DNA of 46,122 bases, from IMG/VR virus record IMGVR_UViG_3300037467_001087, positions 1-46,122 of that record. The stretch is one strand, 5' to 3'. The notes under the pieces were generated by a model. That model made no database searches. It saw nothing but the letters and a program-made list of their open reading frames with translations, and was not told the origin of the DNA. The translations under genes were made by a program, and so were the position numbers. Source of the DNA: a virus. Its lineage: Duplodnaviria; Caudoviricetes. Positions 8,386 to 17,283 of the stretch are shown here, in pieces; the first letter of the stretch is position 1, and each line of letters starts with the position of its first letter.

Positions 8386-10671
8386 CTAGAACGGAACGTC
8401 GTCCTGCGGGCCGACAGGCGGCGGCGGACGCGCGGACCAGTCATCGGGGGCGATGAACACCTTCGCCACCTTCCCCTCATAGCGCTCCGTGTTTGCAATC
8501 CACCCAAGCGCGCGGAGGCAAGCGCCGACCTGGCGCGAGTGCCGCGGCTCCTGCCGGTCGGGATCGAGCTTCACGCCGCGGGTCAGCGCATCCACGATGG
8601 TCACGCGCGTTAGCAATTCCTTCCGCAGCCACGCATCAAGCACCGGCTCCCACGGATGAACCTCGCGGCGCCGCGCCTGTTCGGCCTTGGCGTCGGCGAT
8701 GTCGTCTTCGTCTTCAAGGTGCCACGCCTCGCCGGCCACGAACGCGAACACGGCTTCGGCCCACAGCTGATCGCGGTCGCGCAGGATCGCATCGGTGTCG
8801 ATCCGCGTCGTCTCGATCGGCCAGAAGCGCCGTGCTCCGGTCGGGTCGCGCAGGTAGCCGCCCTCTTCCGGGTTGACCGTGCCCCAAAACACGGTGCGGC
8901 GCGCGACCTGGATCGCCATGCGCCCGTACGGAGGCCGAAACTTGTCGACCAGCCGCGACAGGAACTGCTTCACGTCTTTGACGTCGGCTTTGGTCAGCGC
9001 CGACAACTCGGCGACTTCGACGCACCACGCGCCCTGCAGCTGCTGAAAGCTGTCCTTCGAGTGAAAGTCGGGCAGGTGGTCGATGAAGAACCGATCGCCG
9101 AACAGGTAGCGAAGAGCGGTCGACTTTCCGGTTCCCTGCTCGCCCTCAAGCACCGGCATGGTGTCGTTCTTGCACCCCGGCGACAGCGCGCGCGCAACGG
9201 CTCCGACCAGCGCCTTGCGCCCGACGGTCTGCGTGTAGTGAGTCGACGGCGCACCGAGATAGTCGGTCAGCCAGCAGTCGATGCGCGGCTTGCCGTCCCA
9301 CTTCAGGCTGTGGAGGTACTCGGTCAGCGGGTCGAACTGGTTGCGGCGCGCGTCCGCCTCCATCTCGTCCTGAACGTCGCCCTTCTTCGCCTTGAAGCGG
9401 TCGGCGTGCATGATGCGGCGAAACTCGGCGACGTGGAAATCCTCGAGGCTGTTGCCGTCGAGCTCCATCTCTTTCGTGAGTTGATTGAAGCGCAGCCGCC
9501 CTTTGAGCAGCCGGTGATTGGCGAGGTACAGCGCCACGCCCTCGACGTTGTTGCCGTCAGGGCTTCCGGCCGACGTCAGCGGGATTTTCGAGCGCCAGCT
9601 TTCGTCCTGCACCTGGTCGATCGGGATGATCGCTGCACCAGGCGCGACGTCCTCGGCTTCAACCGAGCGCATCGCACCGATGACCTGGCCGGCGACGGCT
9701 TGCTCGCCTTCGAGCAGGAACAGGTCGTTGAAGTCCGTCCGGCTGCGCGCTGGACCTTCACTAAAAACGGGCGTGATCCAGCGACACCCGACCGCCTTGG
9801 CTGCAGCTTCCGCTTTCACCCGTCCGACGTTCTGCCACGGGCGATTTTGCGCCCTCTCGGCCCAATCCTCGGGCGCAATCACGTCGTCGTCCCCGGCGAT
9901 CATCAGCGTTGCGAGCGGACGGTGACGCGCGAAGTCCTTGGCGACCGGGATCAGGTTGCCGCTGTTGAACGCGGCGACCACCGACACGCCGGTCGACTGC
10001 CAGATCGAGAAGGCCGTCGCCACGCCTTCGCAGATGACGATCAGGCTGGCATCGCCCTTGATCGAGAAGAAGCACCCCTCGACGCGGCCGCCCTTGAGGA
10101 AGGTCTTCTTCCCGTCGCCGTCGATGAGCTGCAGGTTGGTCAGCTGCGGCGTCCCGTTCATGTCGAACGCGTACATCGGCACGGCGAGCAGCTTGGTCCC
10201 GTCGCGGGCGGTGAACAGGCGCAGCGATCGCGGCACGCTGATGCCCTTGCGCTCAAGGTAGGGGTGGCCTTCGACGTTGCCGTCCGACCGGCCCCACTTG
10301 TTCGACGCGTCCTCGGCGACCTCGGCTTGGCGGGTCTCGCGCGCCTGGGCGGCTTCCGCCTTCAGCTTCGCCTGTTCGCGCTTGATCGCGTCGCGCTCTT
10401 TCTTGCTGAGCGTCGGCCGCTCCGGGTCTTCGTAGAACCACTGATGCTGCTCGCCGATCTTCCAGTCGCCGAACCAGCCGACCGGATATTGCCCGGTCTT
10501 CAGCTTGTAGAAGCCGTTGCCCTTGCCCGGCTTGTCGCCAGGTGCGTCGAAGCGGACGAACCCGGGCGTGTCCGACTGGACCGCGCCGCGCGGGTAGAAG
10601 CCGGCCTCGGCCATTGCCTTCTCAAAGGCGCGTTCGACGTCCGACGTCGCGGGGAGCGGGCGCGAGGCCAT
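8386..10671 (-). CDS. Toprim primase fused to a VirE/VapE-type helicase
   Basis: Toprim ICEGVATA...IAGDDD; P-loop LEGEQGTGKST; FRPPYGR and DPTGARRFWP motifs of the VirE family. Confidence 0.9.
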   Translation of the reverse strand: MASRPLPATSDVERAFEKAMAEAGFYPRGAVQSDTPGFVRFDAPGDKPGKGNGFYKLKTGQYPVGWFGDWKIGEQHQWFYEDPERPTLSKKERDAIKREQAKLKAEAAQARETRQAEVAEDASNKWGRSDGNVEGHPYLERKGISVPRSLRLFTARDGTKLLAVPMYAFDMNGTPQLTNLQLIDGDGKKTFLKGGRVEGCFFSIKGDASLIVICEGVATAFSIWQSTGVSVVAAFNSGNLIPVAKDFARHRPLATLMIAGDDDVIAPEDWAERAQNRPWQNVGRVKAEAAAKAVGCRWITPVFSEGPARSRTDFNDLFLLEGEQAVAGQVIGAMRSVEAEDVAPGAAIIPIDQVQDESWRSKIPLTSAGSPDGNNVEGVALYLANHRLLKGRLRFNQLTKEMELDGNSLEDFHVAEFRRIMHADRFKAKKGDVQDEMEADARRNQFDPLTEYLHSLKWDGKPRIDCWLTDYLGAPSTHYTQTVGRKALVGAVARALSPGCKNDTMPVLEGEQGTGKSTALRYLFGDRFFIDHLPDFHSKDSFQQLQGAWCVEVAELSALTKADVKDVKQFLSRLVDKFRPPYGRMAIQVARRTVFWGTVNPEEGGYLRDPTGARRFWPIETTRIDTDAILRDRDQLWAEAVFAFVAGEAWHLEDEDDIADAKAEQARRREVHPWEPVLDAWLRKELLTRVTIVDALTRGVKLDPDRQEPRHSRQVGACLRALGWIANTERYEGKVAKVFIAPDDWSARPPPPVGPQDDVPF

Positions 10672-11012
10672 TAGCGAGCCTGCGGACCAAGCCGCCGACG
10701 GATTTCATCGAACTGCTGCCAACCCCACCATGCACTTTTGCTGAGCGAGGCCGCGGCCATGCTTACGCTGCCATGTTCGGCGAGACGTTCGGCGAAATGG
10801 TCGAGCAGCCGCATCGAGGGCGCCCCTGGCGGCTTGCCCGACAGGCAGACCATGTTGTTCGCGCGCCCACCGGGCGGCTTGCAGCGCAGAACCTCTCCGT
10901 CCTCGATCATCATGTCGAGGATTGGCTTCACGTTCTGGAACGAACGCGTCCAGCATGGTCCATCCTTCAGGCGCGCACGGATCGACTGTTTCGTTTCGTC
11001 AATCCCCACCAT
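10671..11012 (-). CDS. hypothetical protein, possibly DNA-binding
   Basis: Coupled within the replication operon; HTH-like C-terminus. Confidence 0.6.
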   Translation of the reverse strand: MVGIDETKQSIRARLKDGPCWTRSFQNVKPILDMMIEDGEVLRCKPPGGRANNMVCLSGKPPGAPSMRLLDHFAERLAEHGSVSMAAASLSKSAWWGWQQFDEIRRRLGPQAR

Positions 11013-11397
11013 CCCGCCACCCTCCCATCAACGCCACCGCCTCTTCGGCTGACCGAAACAGCCCGTAGCGCCCCCCGGCGCGCTCGAAGGCTGCTTGAAA
11101 CTTCTTCTGTTGATCCGACTGCCGGCCGGTCTCGGTCTTCGCTTCGAGCGCGAAGCCGAACCCCGGCGCCACGCCCAAGATGTCGCCGCTGCCGGGAAGC
11201 CCGAACGTGATCGGACGCGCCTCGCTCAGAATGACCATGCCCGGCGTGACGCGGACCATGCTTCCGATTGGCGGACGGAGCATCTTGCCGCCGCCAGCCA
11301 GCACCCAGCCCGTGCCCGTATTATTGCGCCACGCCATGACGTCAGGGAGCGCCGAGACGGCGATCAGCCCTTCGTTGAGGATCCGCTTCTCGCTCAT
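10999..11397 (-). CDS. VRR-NUC family nuclease
   Basis: WRNNTG...GLPGSGDILG...LEAKTETGRQSDQQKKF PD-(D/E)XK pattern. Confidence 0.85.
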   Translation of the reverse strand: MSEKRILNEGLIAVSALPDVMAWRNNTGTGWVLAGGGKMLRPPIGSMVRVTPGMVILSEARPITFGLPGSGDILGVAPGFGFALEAKTETGRQSDQQKKFQAAFERAGGRYGLFRSAEEAVALMGGWRDGGD

Positions 11398-12128
11398 GCG
11401 GCGCGGTCCAACAGGTCGCCACCAATGCGCGCTTCAGCGGCGGCATGAATGTTGGGGTCGCTCTCTATCGCGATCCACCTGCGCCCCGTCCTAGCGGCTG
11501 CAATCGCGGTTGTCCCCGACCCAGCGCAGAAATCCAACACCGTCTGTCCCTCTGCCGTGTAGGTCCGGACGAGGTACTCGAAGAGCTCGACCGGCTTTTG
11601 CGTGGGATGGATGCGTTCGGGGCTGTCGTTGTTGACGACCGCGAAGTCGAGAACGCTAACGGGGTATCGGGTCTCGTCCGGGGTGTAGAAATTGTCGCGT
11701 TGCTCGCCGTAGTTGCTTGAGCCCTTGCGGCGTTTCCACCCCGTGCGGGCCTCGTGTCCCGTCGACTTTTGGGGAAAGTACGGCGGGGCCTTCCGAGAGA
11801 ACACAAGGATATGTTCATGCTGGCGTAGCGGCTGGCGCTTCGCGTTGAGAAAGCCACTCGCCTTGTTCTTCCTCCAAATGAGGTCATACCGGAAGAGCCC
11901 GGGAGCGCTCGCAACCAGCGACGAGGCAAACGGCTGAGCTGCCGTGAGTACAACCGGACCGCGGCAGACCCTCAGCAGTTGGCACCACAGCGGCGCTAGG
12001 GGGATGACGCTGTCCCAATGGTTCTGTGTCGTCCCGTACGGGGGATCAGCGAGTACGAGGTCGACGCTCCCGTCCGCGATGGTCGGAAGAACGTCGAGGC
12101 AGTCGCCGAGATGGAGGGTGCCGTTCAC
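11394..12128 (-). CDS. DNA N6-adenine/N4-cytosine methyltransferase, beta class
   Basis: GDCL, DPPY, HPTQKP, LDFCAGSGTT. Start placed at GTG 12128 (GTGA overlap) rather than 12185. Confidence 0.92.
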   Translation of the reverse strand: MNGTLHLGDCLDVLPTIADGSVDLVLADPPYGTTQNHWDSVIPLAPLWCQLLRVCRGPVVLTAAQPFASSLVASAPGLFRYDLIWRKNKASGFLNAKRQPLRQHEHILVFSRKAPPYFPQKSTGHEARTGWKRRKGSSNYGEQRDNFYTPDETRYPVSVLDFAVVNNDSPERIHPTQKPVELFEYLVRTYTAEGQTVLDFCAGSGTTAIAAARTGRRWIAIESDPNIHAAAEARIGGDLLDRAA

Positions 12129-12322
12129 GACGCCAGCATCCAAGGCCGATGCCGGCAGGCGTCGCGGCTTTCGCACCGGAAGCACGGCGAAGGGTCGCGA
12201 TCGAGTACGGCGACGTCGGCGGGGACGTGGACCGGACCGTCGAACCGGCGACCGTCCAGCGCCTTATAGGATCGCTCGTACTCGCGCCGCGACGCGCGCC
12301 GCTGCGCCTCGGTCCAGGTCAC
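12125..12322 (-). CDS. hypothetical protein with CxxC
   Basis: GTGA overlaps with both the helicase and the methylase; CFRC...CRH. Confidence 0.6.
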   Translation of the reverse strand: MTWTEAQRRASRREYERSYKALDGRRFDGPVHVPADVAVLDRDPSPCFRCESRDACRHRPWMLAS

Positions 12323-13710
12323 CCGGTCCGCCTCCACCGCTGGCGCAGCTTCCACTGGTAGATCGCCCAGCCGGATTTGTAGCCGCGCTGCTTGCCGAGC
12401 CGCATCCAGTCCTCGAGCGACTGGCACGCGCGCTCTTCGGCCTTGCGCGCTTCCTTCTCGCGGCGCTTGGCTTCGATCCGCTCGAGCTCGAACAGCTCGC
12501 CTTCAGCGAAGCACGTGAGCCGGACGCGCGCGGGGAATACGACGCCGCACCCCGGGCAATGGTCCGCCGACGACGGCGAGACGCGATAGCATTCGGTGCA
12601 CTGGCGGATCGGCAGCGCGTCGGAGGGACCCTTGGCGCCGCGCTTCGAGCGCTTGCGCCCTTCGAGCGTCCACTCGCGATCGTCGTCGGGCAGGCCGTGG
12701 CGGAACGCGTTGCCCGCATGGTCGCAGATGACGGCGCACGACTTGCCGGGAACCACGCGCAGAGCCCGGCCCACCTGTTGAAGATGGAGGGCCAGGCTCT
12801 GCGTCGGCCGAGCGAGGCCAACGTATGAGACGTTCGGGACGTCGAAACCTTCGCCGAACAGCTCGCAATTCGTCAATATCTGAATGTCGCCGGCGCGGAA
12901 CCGGTCAATCGTCATCTTCCGCAGCGCTTGCGGCGTCTCGCCACTGACCGCCGCCGCAGTGATGCCGGCCGCATTGAACGCAGCCGCAATGTGGATCGCG
13001 CTCTGGACGTCGACCGCGAAGACGATGCCCTGCAGCCCTTCGGCCAGCTTGAGGTATGTCGCCACGACGTCGCCGATGAGCTGCGACGTTCCCATGACCT
13101 TCGCGATGTCGCCGCGGTTGAAGTCGCCGCCCAGCACGCGGACCCCGGCAAGGTCCGGCTGTCCCGGCGCGAAGTAGCGGTACGTCGACAGCCAGCCGTC
13201 GGCGATCAGCTGCTTGACCGACGGGCCGACGATCAGCTCGTCGAAGTGATCCTTGAGCCCGCGGCCGTCGAGCCGCTCGGGCGTGGCGGTCAGGCCGACC
13301 GTGTAGGCGTCATGCCCGGTCAGGCAGCGCGCCCAGGTCGCCGCGACCATGTGGTGCGCTTCGTCGGGGACGATGAAGTCCGGCGCCTCGGCTTCGTGGA
13401 GCCGCCGTGCCAGCGTGTCGATCGCGCACAGCTGGACCGGCGCGAACCCGTTGACCGGATAGCCCGCCGCCATGAAGCCGTGCGGGACGTCGAGCAGGGT
13501 CAGCTTCTCGCTCGTTTGGTCGAGCAGCTCGCGGCGATGGACGACGAACCAGCTGCGCTTGCTGCGTTCGGCCGCGCCGCCCAGCATAGTGCCCGACAGG
13601 ATCGTCTTGCCCGCGCCGGTCGGTTGCTGCAGCAGGACGCGCTTCACGCCGGCACGAAGCCTCGCGCGCACGCGCTCTAGGTCAGCCTCCTGATAGGGCC
13701 GAAGCTGCAC
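12319..13710 (-). CDS. SF2 DEAD/DEAH-box helicase with C-terminal Zn finger
   Basis: LRPYQ, PTGAGKT, DEAHH, TATP, QQVGRALR, CTEC...CPGCG. Confidence 0.93.
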   Translation of the reverse strand: MQLRPYQEADLERVRARLRAGVKRVLLQQPTGAGKTILSGTMLGGAAERSKRSWFVVHRRELLDQTSEKLTLLDVPHGFMAAGYPVNGFAPVQLCAIDTLARRLHEAEAPDFIVPDEAHHMVAATWARCLTGHDAYTVGLTATPERLDGRGLKDHFDELIVGPSVKQLIADGWLSTYRYFAPGQPDLAGVRVLGGDFNRGDIAKVMGTSQLIGDVVATYLKLAEGLQGIVFAVDVQSAIHIAAAFNAAGITAAAVSGETPQALRKMTIDRFRAGDIQILTNCELFGEGFDVPNVSYVGLARPTQSLALHLQQVGRALRVVPGKSCAVICDHAGNAFRHGLPDDDREWTLEGRKRSKRGAKGPSDALPIRQCTECYRVSPSSADHCPGCGVVFPARVRLTCFAEGELFELERIEAKRREKEARKAEERACQSLEDWMRLGKQRGYKSGWAIYQWKLRQRWRRTG

Positions 13711-13713
13711 GGG

Positions 13714-13965
13714 TCAGGCAGCGTCGCGGTCGTCTTCGGGGATTGCGGCACGGCGCTTCGCCTCAGCCGCGGCGGCAAGCTCCTCGAGCGTGGCGAGGTT
13801 CGCGTCGGCGAACGCCTGCCAATAGGGCCCGGGGATGCTGTCATTGCGCTTCCACGCCTTGACCGTGTTGCCGTCGACGGGCGGCTCGAGCAGTGCGCCG
13901 ACCTTGGCCGGACCACCGGCCCGGTCGATCAGATCGCTGTGCGTTAAAATCTCGTTTTGGGACAC
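13714..13965 (-). CDS. cro: Cro-like HTH regulator
   Basis: LIDRAGGPAKVG...TVKAWKRNDSIP; divergent from cI. Confidence 0.75.
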   Translation of the reverse strand: MSQNEILTHSDLIDRAGGPAKVGALLEPPVDGNTVKAWKRNDSIPGPYWQAFADANLATLEELAAAAEAKRRAAIPEDDRDAA

Positions 13966-14001
13966 TGCGTAAATTCCCGGTTTGCGCTGCAGGAACCGTA
14001 T

Positions 14002-14054
14002 TGGTATATTTCATACCCTTTTGCGTCAAACGGTTTTTGGTAGGAATTATACCC
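14002..14054. promoter_or_regulatory. OR-like operator pair and cro-direction promoter
   Basis: TGGTA-TATTTCA-TACCC (14002-14018) and TGGTA-GGAATTA-TACCC (14038-14054); TTGACG on the minus strand at 14029-14024. Confidence 0.8.
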
Positions 14055-14708
14055 ATGCTGTGCATTATCGACCCGCTCGTGACCGAACGAAGCGATCGTT
14101 TGCAGCGAGCTTTTAGAGAAAGCAGTTTCGCCGCCAAGGAGATGTCCGCGCGCGAGACTGCGATGATGCTCGGCTGGAATCCGAACAGCTTCAAGTCCAA
14201 CCTCAACGGCAATTCGCCGTTCAGCTACGACCAGGCCAAGCGCTATGCCGACAAGTTCCGCGTGCGGGCCGAATGGCTGTACGACGGCAACGGCCCGATG
14301 CGCGAGGTTCACCGGCCGGCGAGGCTCCCGATCGAGATACCAGTGATCGGCTGGGTCGCGGCCGGCGCGGTGACCGACGTAGGGCAGCTCGAGGAGGTCG
14401 ACCGCCTGGTTGTCGGCAACCTGCCGCCCGGCGAATATTTCGCGACCGAGATTGTCGGCGACTCGATGGACCGCGTGGCGCCGGAGGGTGCGTACATCAT
14501 CGTCAACGCCGCCGACCGCAATCCGCGCGACGGCAACATCTACATCTTCTCGCACCGCGGCGAGCCGACCGTGAAGCGCTACCGCTCGAAACCGGTCCGG
14601 CGACTCGAGCCGTTCAGCACCAACCCCACGCACGAGCCGATCTTCGTCGGCGACAAGGGTTGGCACTGCATTGGACGGGTCGTTCGCAGCGTAATCGACC
14701 TGGCCTAG
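14055..14708 (+). CDS. cI: CI-like repressor, HTH plus S24 autopeptidase
   Basis: EWLYDG, IPVIGWVAAG cleavage site, GDSM Ser and TVKR Lys. Start is ATG 14055 or GTG 14079, with no SD, so possibly leaderless. Confidence 0.92.
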   Translation: MLCIIDPLVTERSDRLQRAFRESSFAAKEMSARETAMMLGWNPNSFKSNLNGNSPFSYDQAKRYADKFRVRAEWLYDGNGPMREVHRPARLPIEIPVIGWVAAGAVTDVGQLEEVDRLVVGNLPPGEYFATEIVGDSMDRVAPEGAYIIVNAADRNPRDGNIYIFSHRGEPTVKRYRSKPVRRLEPFSTNPTHEPIFVGDKGWHCIGRVVRSVIDLA

Positions 14709-14728
14709 CGATTTTTTTTGCACCCTAC

Positions 14729-14779
14729 GGGTATAAAATACACCTTTTCTGTTGACTGTTCCGGGTAGCTTTTATACCC
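14729..14779 (+). promoter_or_regulatory. OL-like operator pair and early promoter
   Basis: GGGTA-TAAAATA-CACCT (14729-14745), TTGACT at 14752, GGGTA-GCTTTTA-TACCC (14763-14779). Confidence 0.8.
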
Positions 14780-14807
14780 ATACGGTCAGCAGCCAAGGAG
14801 AACCCCG

Positions 14808-14963
14808 ATGATGGTCGCAATCTTCACCGTCGTTGCCGTCGTATTCCTCGTCTTCACTGTCGGCGCGGCTGGGCAGGACAGCGAGGACAAGGCGGTCGCG
14901 ATCGGCTTCCTCGTCGGCTTAGTCTCGCTGGCTGCGGCCTTCTTCGCAGGACGCTACTCGTGA
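14808..14963 (+). CDS. small two-TM membrane protein (51 aa, not in ORF track)
   Basis: AAGGAG RBS; MMVAIFTVVAVVFLVFTVGAAGQDSEDKAVAIGFLVGLVSLAAAFFAGRYS. Confidence 0.7.
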   Translation: MMVAIFTVVAVVFLVFTVGAAGQDSEDKAVAIGFLVGLVSLAAAFFAGRYS

Positions 14964-15163
14964 CCGCGCCAGTCCACTTCGAGGTCGAGGTCGGCTTCGA
15001 CTGCCTTTGCCAGCCGCTGTGCGAGAACCAGGCCGGTTGCGACGCGATCGACGATGCCGTCGACAACGACGTCGAAATGACGCCCGACGAACGCTTCGTC
15101 ACCTGCCGCCGGTGCCTCGCCGCGCTGGGCTTCGAGCCCGCCGAGTTGCGGAGGGCGGCATGA
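14960..15163 (+). CDS. small Cys-rich protein
   Basis: GTGA overlap; C..C and TCRRC. Confidence 0.6.
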   Translation: MTAPVHFEVEVGFDCLCQPLCENQAGCDAIDDAVDNDVEMTPDERFVTCRRCLAALGFEPAELRRAA

Positions 15164-15363
15164 AGCACGAGCAGATTTGGGCCGGCTGCATAGGCAAGGC
15201 GACGTACGACTCGAAAGCGGCTGCGCTGAAGTGCCTCCGCTTCCGCAAGACCCGGCTGCGCTCCGGCTCCGGCCGGGGTCACGCTCAGCCGTACCGCTGC
15301 ACGCATTGCCACGGCTGGCACATCGGTAGCGTGTCCAGTCGCCAGCCGGGCCTACGCCGATGA
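15160..15363 (+). CDS. small Zn-binding phage protein
   Basis: C.GK..YDS...A and YRCTHCHGWHI motifs. Confidence 0.7.
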   Translation: MKHEQIWAGCIGKATYDSKAAALKCLRFRKTRLRSGSGRGHAQPYRCTHCHGWHIGSVSSRQPGLRR

Positions 15364-16058
15364 CCGTCCGCATCTTCCCCGACCTGGAACAGGGGTCCGA
15401 CGAATGGTTCGCCGCTCGCTGCGGCTTGCTCACCGCTTCCGAGATGAAGCTGATTGTCACGCCGGCGACGCTCAAGGCCGCGTCCAACGAGAAGGAACGC
15501 GCGCACCTGTACGAGCTGCTCGCCCAGCGCATCACCAATTACGTCGAGCCGCACTACGTCGGCGACGACCAGCTGCGCGGCTACGAGGACGAAGCCGAGG
15601 TCCGGCGCATCTATGCCGAGCGCTACGCGCCGGTGACCGAGGTTGGCTTCATCACCAACGACCGCTGGGGCTTCACGATCGGCTATTCGCCCGATGGCCT
15701 GGTCGGCGAGCATGGTCAGATCGAGGCCAAGTCGCGGCGCCAGAAATATCAGGTGCAGACGATCATCGAGAACGTCGTCGCCGGCACCGTCCCGGTCGAC
15801 TTCCTGATCCAGATACAGACCGGGCTGCTCGTGTCCGAGCGACAGTGGTGCGACTTTGTGTCCTACTGCGGCGGGCTCCATGCGCCGGTCATCCGCGCTT
15901 ACCCGGATCCGAAGGTGCAGGACGCGATCATCGCCGCGGCCGGAGCCTTCGAAACGCGGCTCGCTCAGCATCTCGCCAACTATCAGGCCGCGCTCGTTGC
16001 GAAGGACACGCGGCTGATCCCCACCGAACGCAAGGTTGAAGAGGAAATGGTGATATAA
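15360..16058 (+). CDS. YqaJ/lambda-exonuclease family
   Basis: EQGSDEWFAARCGLLTASE, SPDGL, EAK, QIQ...WCDFVSY. Confidence 0.92.
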   Translation: MTVRIFPDLEQGSDEWFAARCGLLTASEMKLIVTPATLKAASNEKERAHLYELLAQRITNYVEPHYVGDDQLRGYEDEAEVRRIYAERYAPVTEVGFITNDRWGFTIGYSPDGLVGEHGQIEAKSRRQKYQVQTIIENVVAGTVPVDFLIQIQTGLLVSERQWCDFVSYCGGLHAPVIRAYPDPKVQDAIIAAAGAFETRLAQHLANYQAALVAKDTRLIPTERKVEEEMVI

Positions 16059-16696
16059 TGGACATGTCTCGCTTCATCATCGCGAAGAGCGACCAGCTCA
16101 ACGCCGACGACCTGCTAGGCGGGCCGCGCATCATCACAATTACCGGCGTTCGCGGAACCGACGCCGCCGACCAGCCAGTCGCCGTCAGCTACGAAGGCGA
16201 CGGCGGGAAACCCTACAAGCCGTGCAAGTCGATGCGCCGGGTCATGGTGCATTGCTGGGGCAAGGACGCCGCGCAGTACGCGGGCCGGTCGATGGAGCTG
16301 TATTGCGACCCCGACGTCCAGTTCGGCGGGATGAAGGTCGGCGGCATCCGCATCAGCCGCATGTCCCACATCGACGGTCCGAAGCAAATGGCGTTGACCG
16401 CCACGCGCGGGAAGAAGGGGCTCTACAAGGTGCAGCCGCTGACCGACGCTCCGCAGCAACCGGCGCAGCAGGATTTCAGCGAGACGCTGTCGCAGCTGAA
16501 GGCGCTCGCCCGGCCGGGGAACATCGCCGCGCTGCAGGACGAGTGGCAGCGGATCGGGCCCGACGCGCGCAAGGCACTCGCCGCCGAGCTTCCCGCGCTC
16601 AAGGAGACCTGCTCGCTCCCAACATCGCAGCCATCCGACGACGTGCCGTTCGACGCACCCGCCCAGCAGACCGGAGCCGATTATGACGGAGCCTGA
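16058..16696 (+). CDS. probable recombination partner (ssDNA annealing/binding protein)
   Basis: Directly follows the exonuclease; SDQLNADDL...GGIRI core; acidic DDVPF tail. Function inferred from synteny. Confidence 0.55.
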   Translation: MDMSRFIIAKSDQLNADDLLGGPRIITITGVRGTDAADQPVAVSYEGDGGKPYKPCKSMRRVMVHCWGKDAAQYAGRSMELYCDPDVQFGGMKVGGIRISRMSHIDGPKQMALTATRGKKGLYKVQPLTDAPQQPAQQDFSETLSQLKALARPGNIAALQDEWQRIGPDARKALAAELPALKETCSLPTSQPSDDVPFDAPAQQTGADYDGA

Positions 16697-17066
16697 AACG
16701 CAGACCCTCAACGGCATGGACATCAAGCCGTTCGACCAGCTCATCGCCGAAGTCCGCGAGGGCTACCTCAACGGCATCAGCGACATTCTGGATGAGGCGC
16801 TGGCGAAGTTCATCCTGCCCGCCGACCGGATCGCGCTGCTGCAAGACGCGGGGCTGTTCCTCTGCTTCCTCGTGGCGCTGAAGACCGCCGAGGTTCAAAC
16901 CCCGGCCGGCGCGCTCATGGACAAGAAGGATCCGCTGCGCGCCTGGTGGCAGATCGGCAAGCGCATCGACAAGGAAGTGCCGGTGATGCTGCTCGAGTAC
17001 GGGCGCGAAGCCGCAGCCGCGCAGGTCAAGGGAACGGGGGAGGAGCCGGCCGATGCCGAAGCCTAA
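16683..17066 (+). CDS. hypothetical protein
   Basis: GGAG RBS; overlaps its neighbours. Confidence 0.65.
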   Translation: MTEPETQTLNGMDIKPFDQLIAEVREGYLNGISDILDEALAKFILPADRIALLQDAGLFLCFLVALKTAEVQTPAGALMDKKDPLRAWWQIGKRIDKEVPVMLLEYGREAAAAQVKGTGEEPADAEA

Positions 17067-17283
17067 CCTCACCGTCGTTCCGGCAATCCGCCGCGCCGAA
17101 CCGGCCCCGCCCGAGCTGATCCTCAGGCACGCAATCCCGGCGCTGCGGGAGGCCGAGGCGCTCGTCCGCACCTTGCGCCAGCGTGTCAGCGAACAGGGCC
17201 GCTTGCTCGCGAAGAAGCGCGGCGTCGGCTTCATCCGCGAAGAACAACTGAAACAGGAGTTTGGAAATGGCGACCGCAGCTGA
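17053..17283 (+). CDS. hypothetical protein
   Basis: GAGGAG RBS; fits the operon. Confidence 0.65.
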   Translation: MPKPNLTVVPAIRRAEPAPPELILRHAIPALREAEALVRTLRQRVSEQGRLLAKKRGVGFIREEQLKQEFGNGDRS

